A stretch of DNA of 64,000 nucleotides from Promethearchaeia archaeon (GTDB lineage: Archaea > Asgardarchaeota > Lokiarchaeia > Sigyniarchaeales > SOKP01), in NCBI GenBank assembly GCA_046483985.1, contig JAWOCD010000110.1, forward strand, positions 1 through 64,000, read 5' to 3'. Position 1 is the stretch's first letter, and each line of letters begins with the position of its first letter. The notes beneath the pieces were generated by a model. It worked only from the letters and a program-made list of their open reading frames with translations. It made no database searches and was not told the origin of the DNA. Shown here piece after piece: positions 1-10,071 of this stretch. The position numbers and the translations under genes were made by a program.

Positions 1-193
1 CATTTTCAAACCTCACCAAATCATAGATATCTTCTCTAAAGGAAAAGAACAAACATCAATAAGCAATAATCGGCTTATCGTATATTAAAATAATAATAAA
101 ATATCCTATTTGTTAAAATATAATGAAATTATTAATATTTTTTCTTTATACTTTGACAGTCAGAAAATTTCCAATTTCCAATTTTATATGAAA

Positions 194-2422
194 CTATTTA
201 AGGTATAAATGTTTTTTGTCCGAGTAAATCTCATGGAAGCGTTTTACCACGTATTGATAGAAGAACCGCTCTCGAAGCACATCGTAATGTGATTTTTCCT
301 TTAAACTTGTCAATTTTGCGATATCCTCGCTTTCGATTTTATCCTCAGAAATCAGGTCCATTCTGGCTTTAAACTGGTCCACCATCGAGATCGGACGCAA
401 AATTACCTCAATCGCCTCGGTAATCTTGTCCATAAGTTCTTCGTACCTCTTTTTTTCCTTCTCCTCCTCCAAAAACCCTTGAATTCGGTGTAAAATGGGC
501 TTCTTTTTAAAATAATTAACTTTTTCTTGTTTGTTCAAGATTTCCTTTAAGTAAGAAATAACCTTGTCGATATTAGAAGCCTTGATCCCCGTGGTTTCCA
601 ACTCCTTTCCCAATTTTTTTAGAAATTGCTGTTTCAGAAATTGTTTATATTTAATTACAATTGCTTCATTTTCCTTGATATCCGAACATATCTCCACCAC
701 TTCCCCGCGCGGAGTAGAATAGGTAAATCCATGCCCTTGCGGACCAAGCCCGCCCATCAACACCATAGACAAACTGTAAAAATTATAAATCTGCTTGGAC
801 AACATCTTCTCCTTGTTTTTTAAGATATTTTTGGGGGCAATCAGATGTTTTTTCCGTTTATAGGAAAATTCCATGAATTTCAGTTTTTTAGTCTTCTCTT
901 TCTCGCTTAGCTCCTCCTTGCGTTCAATTTCCTTCTTATATTGGGTATATTCCCGTTCAAATCGCCGGATAAATCGATCTAGGGTCCCAATCTTCTCAAC
1001 GCTTAACCCGTATATGACATATTTGTTAAAAAATAACTCTACCACGTTGACCGTCTGCTCAATATCGGTAAAAAAGATGCTGGTATTTCGATTAATCACC
1101 AGGTAATTATAGAGAATTTGGGGAATAATTTTATCCACGTAATGGATTAATGAATTGGAAACCGTGCCGAACAGCTCCTTCAGATTTTCTACAAAAAGGA
1201 CATTTTGCTTCAACTCTTCAGCTTTCTTCTGCTCTTGTTTAGTTAATTCTCGCTTCAATAAGTTGAACTTGTTTAATTTCCGTATAATTTCGAGTAAATA
1301 ACCCAAGCTGGAAATCTTGCCCATTAACACATCTTGAAAACAGTCTTTGAGGAGGCTTTTGATTAAAGTAAACCGGCTTTCAATTTTGTCTACGTTAATA
1401 TAAATTCCGAGTTCGCTCCCCAAATCGCAAAGATCTTCAAATACTTCGAACTGATGACTGCTTAATGCCTCCGAAAGTCCTAAATAGAAATTCGATTCGA
1501 ATTTCTTCCGATATTTTTCTTTTTCTTCCAAGATCTCAATGATATCGAGGTGATTGGCTTCAATAAAATGTTCTAAGACGTATTTTAGATGGAATGATTC
1601 TGCATGTTTCAAAAAATATAGTTGGGCGTCTAACACTAACTCGATAATCCGTTCTTCCAATTTGTTTGAAAAAGCCCCAAATTCCCTGTTATAAAATGTC
1701 TTTCCTTCTAAAAAGTCATAGAAATTCTTCTCTTCTAACGCGTTAACCATTTTCTCTATTAAAATTTCTTTTAATGCACTTCGTTCTTGTTCTCCCTTCT
1801 TGACTTTCCCGTTATTGTTTAAGATCTGATAAAACAAGAGGAAAGAACTAATATTTCCCTTTTTTTTGAAGTATTCATACATATCTTGAAATAAGTAATA
1901 GATAAAATCGGGTTCTGGCTCATAGTCGGCCCGGAGGGTTATTTGTCGGAGATTCTTCTCTGTCGCCCATTTTTTAAGATAGACCAAAAATATCGGTAAA
2001 AATTGCCCTTCTTTGAATACTTTTACATTCTTTTGACAATTTTTACAAAAATAAATAGTTCTGGTCTTAGATGAGTGAGGCGAATCCATTAAATTACTGG
2101 AATTGCATTCCGAGCAAAACTTTTCTGCTACCAAGAAATTCACGATCTGATCTCGCAGTGAATCCAAAAACGCTTGATCGACCTCTTCTGGCGATCTTTT
2201 CTCATTGTTTAGATTATTTTTCACAAAGTTTTTGATAATCCGAAAAAGAGTGGAGAATTTATCAAACTGATTGTAAAAATTGAAATTATAGGATAAGTCC
2301 TTTAAATTCTTTAGCAATCGTTTTTTTTTATGAGAAATCAGCAGTTTTTCTATGTCCTCTAAATCAAGATCATGATTAATAATAGATTTATTCAAGTAGG
2401 TTTTCAGTTCATCTAAAAACAT
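194..2422 (-). CDS. Hypothetical 742-aa protein: Zn-ribbon (CSEC...CKNC), helical middle, Gly-rich C-terminal motif (GGLGPQGHGFTYSTPRGE)
   Basis: Long ORF with genome-typical composition and two CxxC pairs; no recognisable family. Confidence 0.8.
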   Translation of the reverse strand: MFLDELKTYLNKSIINHDLDLEDIEKLLISHKKKRLLKNLKDLSYNFNFYNQFDKFSTLFRIIKNFVKNNLNNEKRSPEEVDQAFLDSLRDQIVNFLVAEKFCSECNSSNLMDSPHSSKTRTIYFCKNCQKNVKVFKEGQFLPIFLVYLKKWATEKNLRQITLRADYEPEPDFIYYLFQDMYEYFKKKGNISSFLLFYQILNNNGKVKKGEQERSALKEILIEKMVNALEEKNFYDFLEGKTFYNREFGAFSNKLEERIIELVLDAQLYFLKHAESFHLKYVLEHFIEANHLDIIEILEEKEKYRKKFESNFYLGLSEALSSHQFEVFEDLCDLGSELGIYINVDKIESRFTLIKSLLKDCFQDVLMGKISSLGYLLEIIRKLNKFNLLKRELTKQEQKKAEELKQNVLFVENLKELFGTVSNSLIHYVDKIIPQILYNYLVINRNTSIFFTDIEQTVNVVELFFNKYVIYGLSVEKIGTLDRFIRRFEREYTQYKKEIERKEELSEKEKTKKLKFMEFSYKRKKHLIAPKNILKNKEKMLSKQIYNFYSLSMVLMGGLGPQGHGFTYSTPRGEVVEICSDIKENEAIVIKYKQFLKQQFLKKLGKELETTGIKASNIDKVISYLKEILNKQEKVNYFKKKPILHRIQGFLEEEKEKKRYEELMDKITEAIEVILRPISMVDQFKARMDLISEDKIESEDIAKLTSLKEKSHYDVLRERFFYQYVVKRFHEIYSDKKHLYLK

Positions 2423-2574
2423 ATCTTAAAAAATGAAGTTTGTAAATAATTTCTTAATTATTAAACATAAATGAGTCTTATTATATTTGATTGTAGTTAA
2501 AAAACAATCCAATCATTATATTATGATTGCTGAAGGACTTCAGGGATAAAGAGAATCAATAAAGATTGTCCACA

Positions 2575-2946
2575 TTAATCAAGTAAGAGAGCAATTTTTT
2601 TAGAAGTAGATTGTACGTGAAGAAATACCATTCCTAATGAGGCATTCTCTTGTAATAAGACACATATGATCGCGTTTTGTCCCGCCCGGGACAACAAGAC
2701 TGTACCATCCACACCCTCGATAAGAACGCGTTTCAAATCTCCCCTGGAAAGTTCTTCTACCGCTCGTTCAGATACACTCAAAATGGCCGCACTCATCGCA
2801 GACACTATCCCCTCATTTGTTTCATTTGGAAGTGCGGAACAAATTGGAAGTCCTTGAATACTTACAATGCTACTTCCCGTTATATCGCTGTTCATTGCTT
2901 GCAATTCTCGGAGCAAGTTAGTCAATTCTGTGATGTTTTCAGTCAA
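2575..2946 (-). CDS. Roadblock/LC7 domain protein
   Basis: ITGSSIVSIQGLPICS...SAMSAAILSVSERAVEEL..GDLKRVLIEG pattern; TTG start. Confidence 0.92.
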   Translation of the reverse strand: MTENITELTNLLRELQAMNSDITGSSIVSIQGLPICSALPNETNEGIVSAMSAAILSVSERAVEELSRGDLKRVLIEGVDGTVLLSRAGQNAIICVLLQENASLGMVFLHVQSTSKKIALLLD

Positions 2947-3144
2947 GGTAAATTCAACTATACTTCGATTATTAGGAAAATAACTTAATAAAATAATATA
3001 ATTATTATTAATTAATATTATTATTATCTTTCTTGATTTTAAAAGTTTTTAGTTAAAGCTTCATATTCCCGAATTACTAAGAATTACTAAATAAAGAGAA
3101 AGAAGTAATAAATTATTTAATCAACTTTTCATATTTTAAAACCA

Positions 3145-4125
3145 ATGAACGCGAAGGAAAAAACGAAATCGGAAGAAGAAAAAAAGAAGAATAAAAGTTC
3201 GGAAAAGGATGAGAAAGAAGAAGAGAAAAAAAAACTTGACTCATTGAAAAAAGCTGGGGAAATAGCGAAAAAAGTAAAGAAATTCATAAAGCCCAAGATA
3301 AAAGTCGGCGAAACGGTATTGGATATCGTTGAGGCTGCAGAATTAAAGATTGATGAACTGGGCGGTAAATGCGCTTTTCCGGTGAATTTAAGCATTAATA
3401 ATCTCGCGGCCCACTATACAAGTCCTGCAAAACCCGATGATCTTACCATCAAAGAAGGTGATATTGTTAAACTGGATCTGGGAGTCCATATCGAGGGTTA
3501 TATTGTGGATACAGCATTTTCTGTTAGTTTCAATGACGATGAATCTTTAGAAAATATCATTACTGCCACAGAAACCGCGCTCGATGCTGCAAAGATGATG
3601 GCAAAACCCAAAGCCCACACAAAAAAACTCGGAAAAAAGATAGAAGATATTGTAAAAGGTTTTAACTATACGCCCATTAAGCAGTTGGGGGGACACCAAT
3701 TAGAGCCATGGATAGTCCATGGAACTAAACGCCTCCCTAACTTTGGCACCCAAGGCGGTTCCATAATGGAAGTGGGGGATGTCTTTGCTGTTGAAATATT
3801 TGCCTCAACAGGTGAAGGGTCCGTCCACGATACAAATTCTGCCTATATCTACGAGATGAATCCGTATGCGGGGAGAGTTCCTTTACGCCGAAAGACATCA
3901 AAGAAAATTTTAGGATTAATAAAAAGGGAGTATAAAACCCTCCCATTTGCGGAGAGATGGTTAGCGAAAGAATTTAAACTTGGAGTTGCTTTCGGATTAC
4001 AAGAATTGGTAAAACAAAATAAGGTAAAGGCACATTATGTCCTTTCGGAACAAAAAGATGCTTTTGTTGCACAGACCGAGGAAACTATTATTATCACCGA
4101 AGATGGTTACGAACAACTTACTTAG
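3145..4125 (+). CDS. map: Methionine aminopeptidase type II
   Basis: AFPVNLSINNLAAHYT, KLDLGVHIEGYIVDTA, GGHQ and AVEIFAS metal-site motifs. Confidence 0.96.
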   Translation: MNAKEKTKSEEEKKKNKSSEKDEKEEEKKKLDSLKKAGEIAKKVKKFIKPKIKVGETVLDIVEAAELKIDELGGKCAFPVNLSINNLAAHYTSPAKPDDLTIKEGDIVKLDLGVHIEGYIVDTAFSVSFNDDESLENIITATETALDAAKMMAKPKAHTKKLGKKIEDIVKGFNYTPIKQLGGHQLEPWIVHGTKRLPNFGTQGGSIMEVGDVFAVEIFASTGEGSVHDTNSAYIYEMNPYAGRVPLRRKTSKKILGLIKREYKTLPFAERWLAKEFKLGVAFGLQELVKQNKVKAHYVLSEQKDAFVAQTEETIIITEDGYEQLT

Positions 4126-4221
4126 AAAAATTGTAAAGAGTTCTATACAAAGAGCTTCCCTTTCCAGTTTTTTATTGGCATTATGTAAAAAAGAATTAAG
4201 ATATGACAATTTCTAATTAAA

Positions 4222-5349
4222 ATGAAAAAAGTGAAGATCTGTTTGGTCTCTTTAACCATTCCTCCAGATTACGCGGGAGGGGAGGGAAAATTTTTTAGAG
4301 GGATTTTTAATTATTTGAAGCAAAAAGGATATGATGTGACCCTCTTAACTGGAAAGTGGACTTTTGAATTGGATGATCCTCAAATTGTTCAAATTGATTT
4401 GATACCGAAACGCTTTTTTTGGGTTCCTCAGTTTAGTTATGGGGTGATTAAATATCTTAATTCCCATCGTTTTGATATTGTTCATGGAAATGGACCAAAA
4501 GGAACTTTGCCAATCATATTTTCCCAAAATAAGCAATTTATTTCCACCATACATGACTTAGGACCATTCGAAACGCCCTTTACCCGCTTTCCAATTGAAA
4601 AATTATTAGTTAAGTACGTGGTAGATCGGGCGACTTACATTACAACTTGCTCAGAGTTCATCCGAAGGGAAATAAATTACTATATGCCCTATACTTCCCT
4701 TAGCCAAATTTTTAATCTTTATTCCGCAATAGAAGAAAAATTTAAACCTTATCCCCGAGAAGCACAGAAATTAAAGGAAAGGTTAGGATTAGATGGCCCT
4801 GTTATGTTATATATCGGAAGAGTTGCGCATTATAAGGGGGTTGAAGATATTATAAATGCGTATTTAATCGCCAAGAAATCACTTCCTGATTTGAATCTCG
4901 TGGTAGGCGGGAAGCCAGACTTTGCCATGCAAGAAACCTATAAGAGATGGAAGAGGAGATATGAAGATATTAGATTTGTGGGATTTGTGCCAAATGAACA
5001 GATCCCCTATTACTATTCTATGGCAGATGTGTTTGTTACTTATTCTCATGCCTCAGAAGGATTTGGATTAACACCAATCGAATCAATAGCGTGTGGAACT
5101 CCCGTTATTTGCTCGTCGCTGCTTGCATATAAAGAAGTACTTCAAGATAATGCGGTATTTGTTCCCCCCAAAACTCCAAAAAAATTAGCAAAAGCAATTC
5201 TCAATCTCCTAAAGGATGAGCAGTACAGAGAAGATTTAACTGAACGTGCTCAATCCTACATTACCCGTTATACGTGGGATGAGGTCGGGAAAAAATTAGA
5301 AAAAGTCTACGCTCAATTTTTAGAAAACAAGAAGATTAATCCGAACTAA
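4222..5349 (+). CDS. Glycosyltransferase family 4 (GT-B)
   Basis: GGE N-terminal motif, YIGRVAHYKG, EGFGLTPIESIACGTPVI. Confidence 0.93.
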   Translation: MKKVKICLVSLTIPPDYAGGEGKFFRGIFNYLKQKGYDVTLLTGKWTFELDDPQIVQIDLIPKRFFWVPQFSYGVIKYLNSHRFDIVHGNGPKGTLPIIFSQNKQFISTIHDLGPFETPFTRFPIEKLLVKYVVDRATYITTCSEFIRREINYYMPYTSLSQIFNLYSAIEEKFKPYPREAQKLKERLGLDGPVMLYIGRVAHYKGVEDIINAYLIAKKSLPDLNLVVGGKPDFAMQETYKRWKRRYEDIRFVGFVPNEQIPYYYSMADVFVTYSHASEGFGLTPIESIACGTPVICSSLLAYKEVLQDNAVFVPPKTPKKLAKAILNLLKDEQYREDLTERAQSYITRYTWDEVGKKLEKVYAQFLENKKINPN

Positions 5350-6413
5350 CGGATTCTTTTATGAAATTCATTCAGTGCAATTTTGATGGGATTATCTAAT
5401 TGTTCAATTTTTTCTTCTGTGTTGATCTTATAATCACCTTCAAGGAATTGGATTGCAGTTTGTAGAATCTTTTTTTGATCTTTAACATGATTCAGCGGAA
5501 ATCCGTTATCCATTAAGAACTGTTCTTGGGGATAAGTTGCCAGAGGAAAGAATTCAATACTCGGTACACCGAGGAGCGCAGATTCTCTAACCATGGTTCC
5601 CCCTCCCGTTATAACTAATTTAGAAAAATACATGAGATCCGACAAATTTTCCAAGCTCTTATAGATTCGTATAATCCCTTCTTCTATCTCCTTTTTAAAG
5701 AATGTATTTAGGTGCTTGTGTTGTTCTGGATATCGTGTGAGAATTAAATAAGTCAGCTCTGGATGACTTTTTAATAATTGTGGGATAAATTGGGTCAACC
5801 GAGTTTCATGTGGCTCCATTTTATCCGCTAAATACTGCGCTTTCGTCGCCTCAGTCCGACAAACAACATATTGATTCTCAACTAAATCCATGTTTTCAAT
5901 AACTTTTTTTCTTGGATTGAAGTCTCCCAACCATCCCACTTCGTCAATTCCGTGAAATCTAATTAATTTCTTTTCCTTTGATATATATCTTAAGTACCAC
6001 TCCAACGGAATACATTCGGGCACAATAACTTGATCCGCAAGGTTTAAGGTAAGTCTGACCACCCCTTCTGACCGGGGTTCATCATTAAAAATAATATTGG
6101 GAATTCCCAACCCATAACTAATTCTCAGGGCTTCGGGGCTTGCTAACGAAAAGAGAAAGTCAGGTGATTGTTGTTCTGTAATTTTAATTAACTTATCTAA
6201 TCGCTCTGAATATGCCTTTAGTTTTCCTAGCTTGGAACCCCCTCCGTGTTTTCCAGCTTTTATGTGCGGTAAATTGTTTTTTTCTAAAAGGTAAAACGTG
6301 GCATCAAAGTCTCTGGACGTAATATATACCTCATGCTCCTTTTTTAATTTGTGATATAACGGTTTTAACATAATTACGGTTTTGGGTTCACAAGCATCGA
6401 TCCAGATTTTCAT
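5346..6413 (-). CDS. DUF354 family protein (GT-B-like)
   Basis: MKIWIDACEPK start, GKHGG, ITGGGTMVRESALLGVPSI. Confidence 0.85.
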   Translation of the reverse strand: MKIWIDACEPKTVIMLKPLYHKLKKEHEVYITSRDFDATFYLLEKNNLPHIKAGKHGGGSKLGKLKAYSERLDKLIKITEQQSPDFLFSLASPEALRISYGLGIPNIIFNDEPRSEGVVRLTLNLADQVIVPECIPLEWYLRYISKEKKLIRFHGIDEVGWLGDFNPRKKVIENMDLVENQYVVCRTEATKAQYLADKMEPHETRLTQFIPQLLKSHPELTYLILTRYPEQHKHLNTFFKKEIEEGIIRIYKSLENLSDLMYFSKLVITGGGTMVRESALLGVPSIEFFPLATYPQEQFLMDNGFPLNHVKDQKKILQTAIQFLEGDYKINTEEKIEQLDNPIKIALNEFHKRIR

Positions 6414-6444
6414 TATATTAACTAGTTGGGATTATTAGATAAAT

Positions 6445-6741
6445 TTATTTCTTTTTATGGCATACACAAGGATTAGAACCGCATTTTAAACACTTATTTG
6501 GATATTTTTCGAATAAAGCTTCCTCTAAATCAATATCGAATAAATTTGCCAAAGAACATGTCCAAGCAATTATATCTGCTAATTCCTCTGATATTTTCTC
6601 TTTTCCAAAATCATTATTAATTGCTTCTGATAATTCGCCCATCTCCTCCACTAGCCACATATAAGTCTCAGGAATTCCACGCGAAGTATCACTCTCAAAA
6701 TAAAGAGTTTTCATAAGCTCCTGAAATTCGGAAATCTGCAT
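6445..6741 (-). CDS. MazG-like nucleotide pyrophosphohydrolase
   Basis: WLVEEMGEL...EELADIIAW; C-terminal CLKC..PCVC. Confidence 0.9.
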   Translation of the reverse strand: MQISEFQELMKTLYFESDTSRGIPETYMWLVEEMGELSEAINNDFGKEKISEELADIIAWTCSLANLFDIDLEEALFEKYPNKCLKCGSNPCVCHKKK

Positions 6742-6804
6742 TTTGTCTCCTCCACTATTTCGAATACTCGCTCGGTAAATTAAAAAAAGAGAAATTTTAA
6801 AACT

Positions 6805-7017
6805 TTAAGTTGCGGGAGAAAACAACCATTCGAACACTCCGAAATGTCCCATAATTACAACGGCAATTAAGGCTGCAGACATAATAACCGCTGTGATAGG
6901 TCCGATTTTCACGCCGATCGAGCTGTCTTCGAAAAACCGGATAAGACCGGCGCCTCCCATGGGCATTCCGCCACCGCCTTGCCTTCTTTTTTGCCGTCTT
7001 GACATTTTCTTTGGCAT
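6805..7017 (-). CDS. secG: Preprotein translocase subunit Sec61-beta (archaeal SecG)
   Basis: GAGLIRFFED..GVKIGP followed by a single TM helix; ATG at 7017 preferred to GTG at 7029. Confidence 0.9.
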   Translation of the reverse strand: MPKKMSRRQKRRQGGGGMPMGGAGLIRFFEDSSIGVKIGPITAVIMSAALIAVVIMGHFGVFEWLFSPAT

Positions 7018-7198
7018 ATAAATAATCACTCTTTTAATGCTTCATTCAATATGTTATTATATATTATAAATAAACAAAAGAACTTAAAATTTTATGTGTT
7101 AAAATTCCAATTATATTCTATTTAAACAAAAAATTTTATTTTCCTTATATTTTTTATTTATTTAATTTGTTTAATTCTTAGGAAAAAATGACAATAAG

Positions 7199-9064
7199 AT
7201 GCTGAAAAAAATAGGTAAGAAAGGAATAATCCTTATCTCAATTTTAGTAGTTATGATTTTTTTCTCAAATATCATAATGCTTGATAATGTGGAAGTCGCA
7301 GATCAAGACAATCCAAACACCCCCCAAACATCTGCTACATTCGATGCTTCGGTAATGGATAATATTGAAATTACCGAAATTGATAGGAAAATGAATGTAA
7401 GCGGATTTGGGCTGTTAAATGTTGAAGATAAGTTAACTGTTAAGAATTTAAATGATAATCCAGTAAGTTCAATGTTTATTGCGATACCTTCTCATCTTTC
7501 AGAGGATTTAATATTTTATGAAGCCAAAGGTTCTCAAAAGGAATCAATATTGGTGGATAAAACTGATAAACTGACGGAGGATCACGAATTATTTGTAATT
7601 TATTTTAATTCTCCCATATTACCCTCTGAGAGCAAGGAGATTACATTTATTCAATCATATAAAGATCGAATTTCATTTTCCCCTCAACAAACCGAAGAAG
7701 GGATAACCCAAGTAGTTTCTTATATTGGAAGTGTATATCCCACCCTTCCATATAAAGCGAAAGGAGAAATAGAAACTCGTATCCAGATCCCTGAAACGGC
7801 GAGTTTAGAGGAAGGGGACTGGGGTACTGCTGATGAAAATAATATGATCACCTATAATATTGACGATTTTGATGGTGCAAATACGCTTGATCCTCTTTTG
7901 GAAAATATGGGGAAGAAAAACATCACAATCCATTTTACTGATTCAACTCAGACCAAATTAGAATTTCAAAGCGTCAATCGCAAAATTAAAGTATCTCCGT
8001 GGGGCATCCTCCGGGTTAAAGAGGAATTTCTTATTCAAAATCTAGGGGCAATTGAAGTTACCCAATTGTCGATGAAAATTCCAGGTCCAGCCAGACAAGT
8101 GAACGTATATGATGATTTAGGAGAGATCTCGGGAACGGAAATTACCCCAGAATCTAACTATACTCATTTAGAATTTAAAGACCTTGATATTTCACTCATT
8201 GAAAATCGAGTAAAACTTGACCCTTACTCAAAGTTCAGATTTTCTATAGAGTATCATCTCCCATACGGAGAGTACTTTAATCTGAATTGGTTCCAACATT
8301 CTTGCGAGTTAGAAACTCTAACTTCGCAGTATGATTACCTCGCCAAAGAACAAGAGACGGAAATACAGATAGAAGGCGCTTTTAGTTTAGATTCTCTATC
8401 TAGAAATCCTAATGATATTGAAAGGGCAGTGAATTACATCGAGTTGTCTTATAATTCTGATTATATAACTCCGTATGATACCCAAGAACTCCAATTCACA
8501 TATACCATTAATCTCTTTGATATACTTTTTCGCCCTATTGTTCTCATGCTGCTTATTGCTTCTATCGGAGCGCTATACGTAGTGATTATCAAATCCAGAG
8601 AGCGTGAGGTAGAAGGTACCTTTATTGTGAGGGAGGAACTTCCTGATACTGAAATTAGAGAATTTTGCTCATTATATGAGGAGAAATTTGCTTCAATGTT
8701 AGAAATTCGGAGAGCTCAAGAGGCGCGAAAGCGAAAAAAGATCTCCAAAAAGAGATATAGGAATTTAGTTGAGAAAAACAAGGACAGAGTGGAAGAAATT
8801 GATGAGGAAATTAAGCCCTTCAAAGAAAAGCTCAGGGAGACGAATGAAACATTTGCCAATATAGTAAAAAAGCTTGAATTTCTGGAAGCAGAAAGTATCT
8901 CTGTGAAAGATTCATTGCAAATTTTACGGGCGAGATACAGAAAAGGGAGATTACCCTCGAAGAACGCTTATCTTAAATTAACCGACCAATTAAAGCGAAG
9001 GCGGAAGAAAATAGAGCGAAACATGAATAAATTGATTACTCAGCTCCGTTCTTATCTGTTATAA
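7199..9064 (+). CDS. Ribophorin I (OST1/RPN1)-like oligosaccharyltransferase subunit
   Basis: Signal anchor, duplicated luminal domain (RKMNVSGFG / RKIKVSPWG; VYDDLGEI), TM helix (FRPIVLML), cytosolic helical tail. Confidence 0.8.
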   Translation: MLKKIGKKGIILISILVVMIFFSNIIMLDNVEVADQDNPNTPQTSATFDASVMDNIEITEIDRKMNVSGFGLLNVEDKLTVKNLNDNPVSSMFIAIPSHLSEDLIFYEAKGSQKESILVDKTDKLTEDHELFVIYFNSPILPSESKEITFIQSYKDRISFSPQQTEEGITQVVSYIGSVYPTLPYKAKGEIETRIQIPETASLEEGDWGTADENNMITYNIDDFDGANTLDPLLENMGKKNITIHFTDSTQTKLEFQSVNRKIKVSPWGILRVKEEFLIQNLGAIEVTQLSMKIPGPARQVNVYDDLGEISGTEITPESNYTHLEFKDLDISLIENRVKLDPYSKFRFSIEYHLPYGEYFNLNWFQHSCELETLTSQYDYLAKEQETEIQIEGAFSLDSLSRNPNDIERAVNYIELSYNSDYITPYDTQELQFTYTINLFDILFRPIVLMLLIASIGALYVVIIKSREREVEGTFIVREELPDTEIREFCSLYEEKFASMLEIRRAQEARKRKKISKKRYRNLVEKNKDRVEEIDEEIKPFKEKLRETNETFANIVKKLEFLEAESISVKDSLQILRARYRKGRLPSKNAYLKLTDQLKRRRKKIERNMNKLITQLRSYLL

Positions 9065-9142
9065 TAGAAAATAATGTAGATCGAAAAAAATAATTAAACT
9101 AACGATAATATGATAGTAGGTGAATTATAAGGTGATGATCAA

Positions 9143-9769
9143 ATGAAACCATGGCTTTTAGATATTTTGGCATGTCCCATGGATAAGCATTTTCCTCTTC
9201 AATTATTTATCTTTTCTTATGAAACCCCTGAAGAAGAATTTAAAGATTTTCACAAAATTTACCAGAAAAGGGATTTAGATTCAATTAAATCAGAAAAAAT
9301 AATAAATATATCAAAGAATGAAGAAGATGTACTGGTAAAGGATTTGATCGTTATCAAAAAAACTCCCGTGGATAAATATCTTGGCAAAGTTCGGAATAGC
9401 ATTGATGAGTTGGCTAATATAAGTGATAGGTCCCAGTCATCATTCACTGAAAAATGCTTTCAAATTGCTCTAAATGAGATAAAACCAAACATAAAGGATT
9501 TTATTAATAGAGGGGAACTTCACAAATTAGATAATATCCTTCCTGAACTCTATTTTTTAAATAAATTAAAAATCGACGTTGAAATTGAATCCGGATTATT
9601 ATTCTGTGAACAATGTAATCGATGGTTTCCTATAATTGAGACCATCCCTCAAATGCTTCCCGATCAATACAGAGATCGGAAAAAAGAGCTAAAATTTCTG
9701 AAAAAGAAAAAAAATTTATTAGACAAATCCTTTTTACAACAAGAACTACAACCATTTGGTATTAAATAA
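9143..9769 (+). CDS. Trm112 family methyltransferase activator with large helical insertion
   Basis: MKPWLLDILACP...IESGLLFCEQCNRWFPIIETIPQMLPD. Confidence 0.88.
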   Translation: MKPWLLDILACPMDKHFPLQLFIFSYETPEEEFKDFHKIYQKRDLDSIKSEKIINISKNEEDVLVKDLIVIKKTPVDKYLGKVRNSIDELANISDRSQSSFTEKCFQIALNEIKPNIKDFINRGELHKLDNILPELYFLNKLKIDVEIESGLLFCEQCNRWFPIIETIPQMLPDQYRDRKKELKFLKKKKNLLDKSFLQQELQPFGIK

Positions 9770-9783
9770 CACATATCAAAAAA

Positions 9784-9884
9784 AGCCCGGTGGTGTAGCG
9801 GCCAAGCATTTGGGGCTTTGAAGTTCCTCTCTTGCAGAGGATCGAAGACACCCTGCGACGACGGTTCGAATCCGTCCCGGGCTA
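9784..9884 (+). tRNA. tRNA-Gln(UUG) with 28-nt intron at canonical position 37/38 (intron 9822-9849)
   Basis: Acceptor stem AGCCCGG/CCGGGCT, T-arm GACGG-TTCGAAT-CCGTC, anticodon TTG at 9818-9820, bulge-helix-bulge CTTT/GAAG with GAA and ACA bulges; no encoded CCA. Confidence 0.95.
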
Positions 9885-10071
9885 TCTTATTATTTCTTTT
9901 CTTACTTGAAATCTTCCTAAATCCATAAAGAAGGATCCTCTCTCGTAATGTTATCTCTTGACAGTTAAAACATTCTCCGATTTTATGACAAAAATATTTT
10001 TATTTGCTAAATATTTTAATGTTTATTCTTATTTATAACAAAATAGAATTAATTCAAGTTTAAATGGAAAA

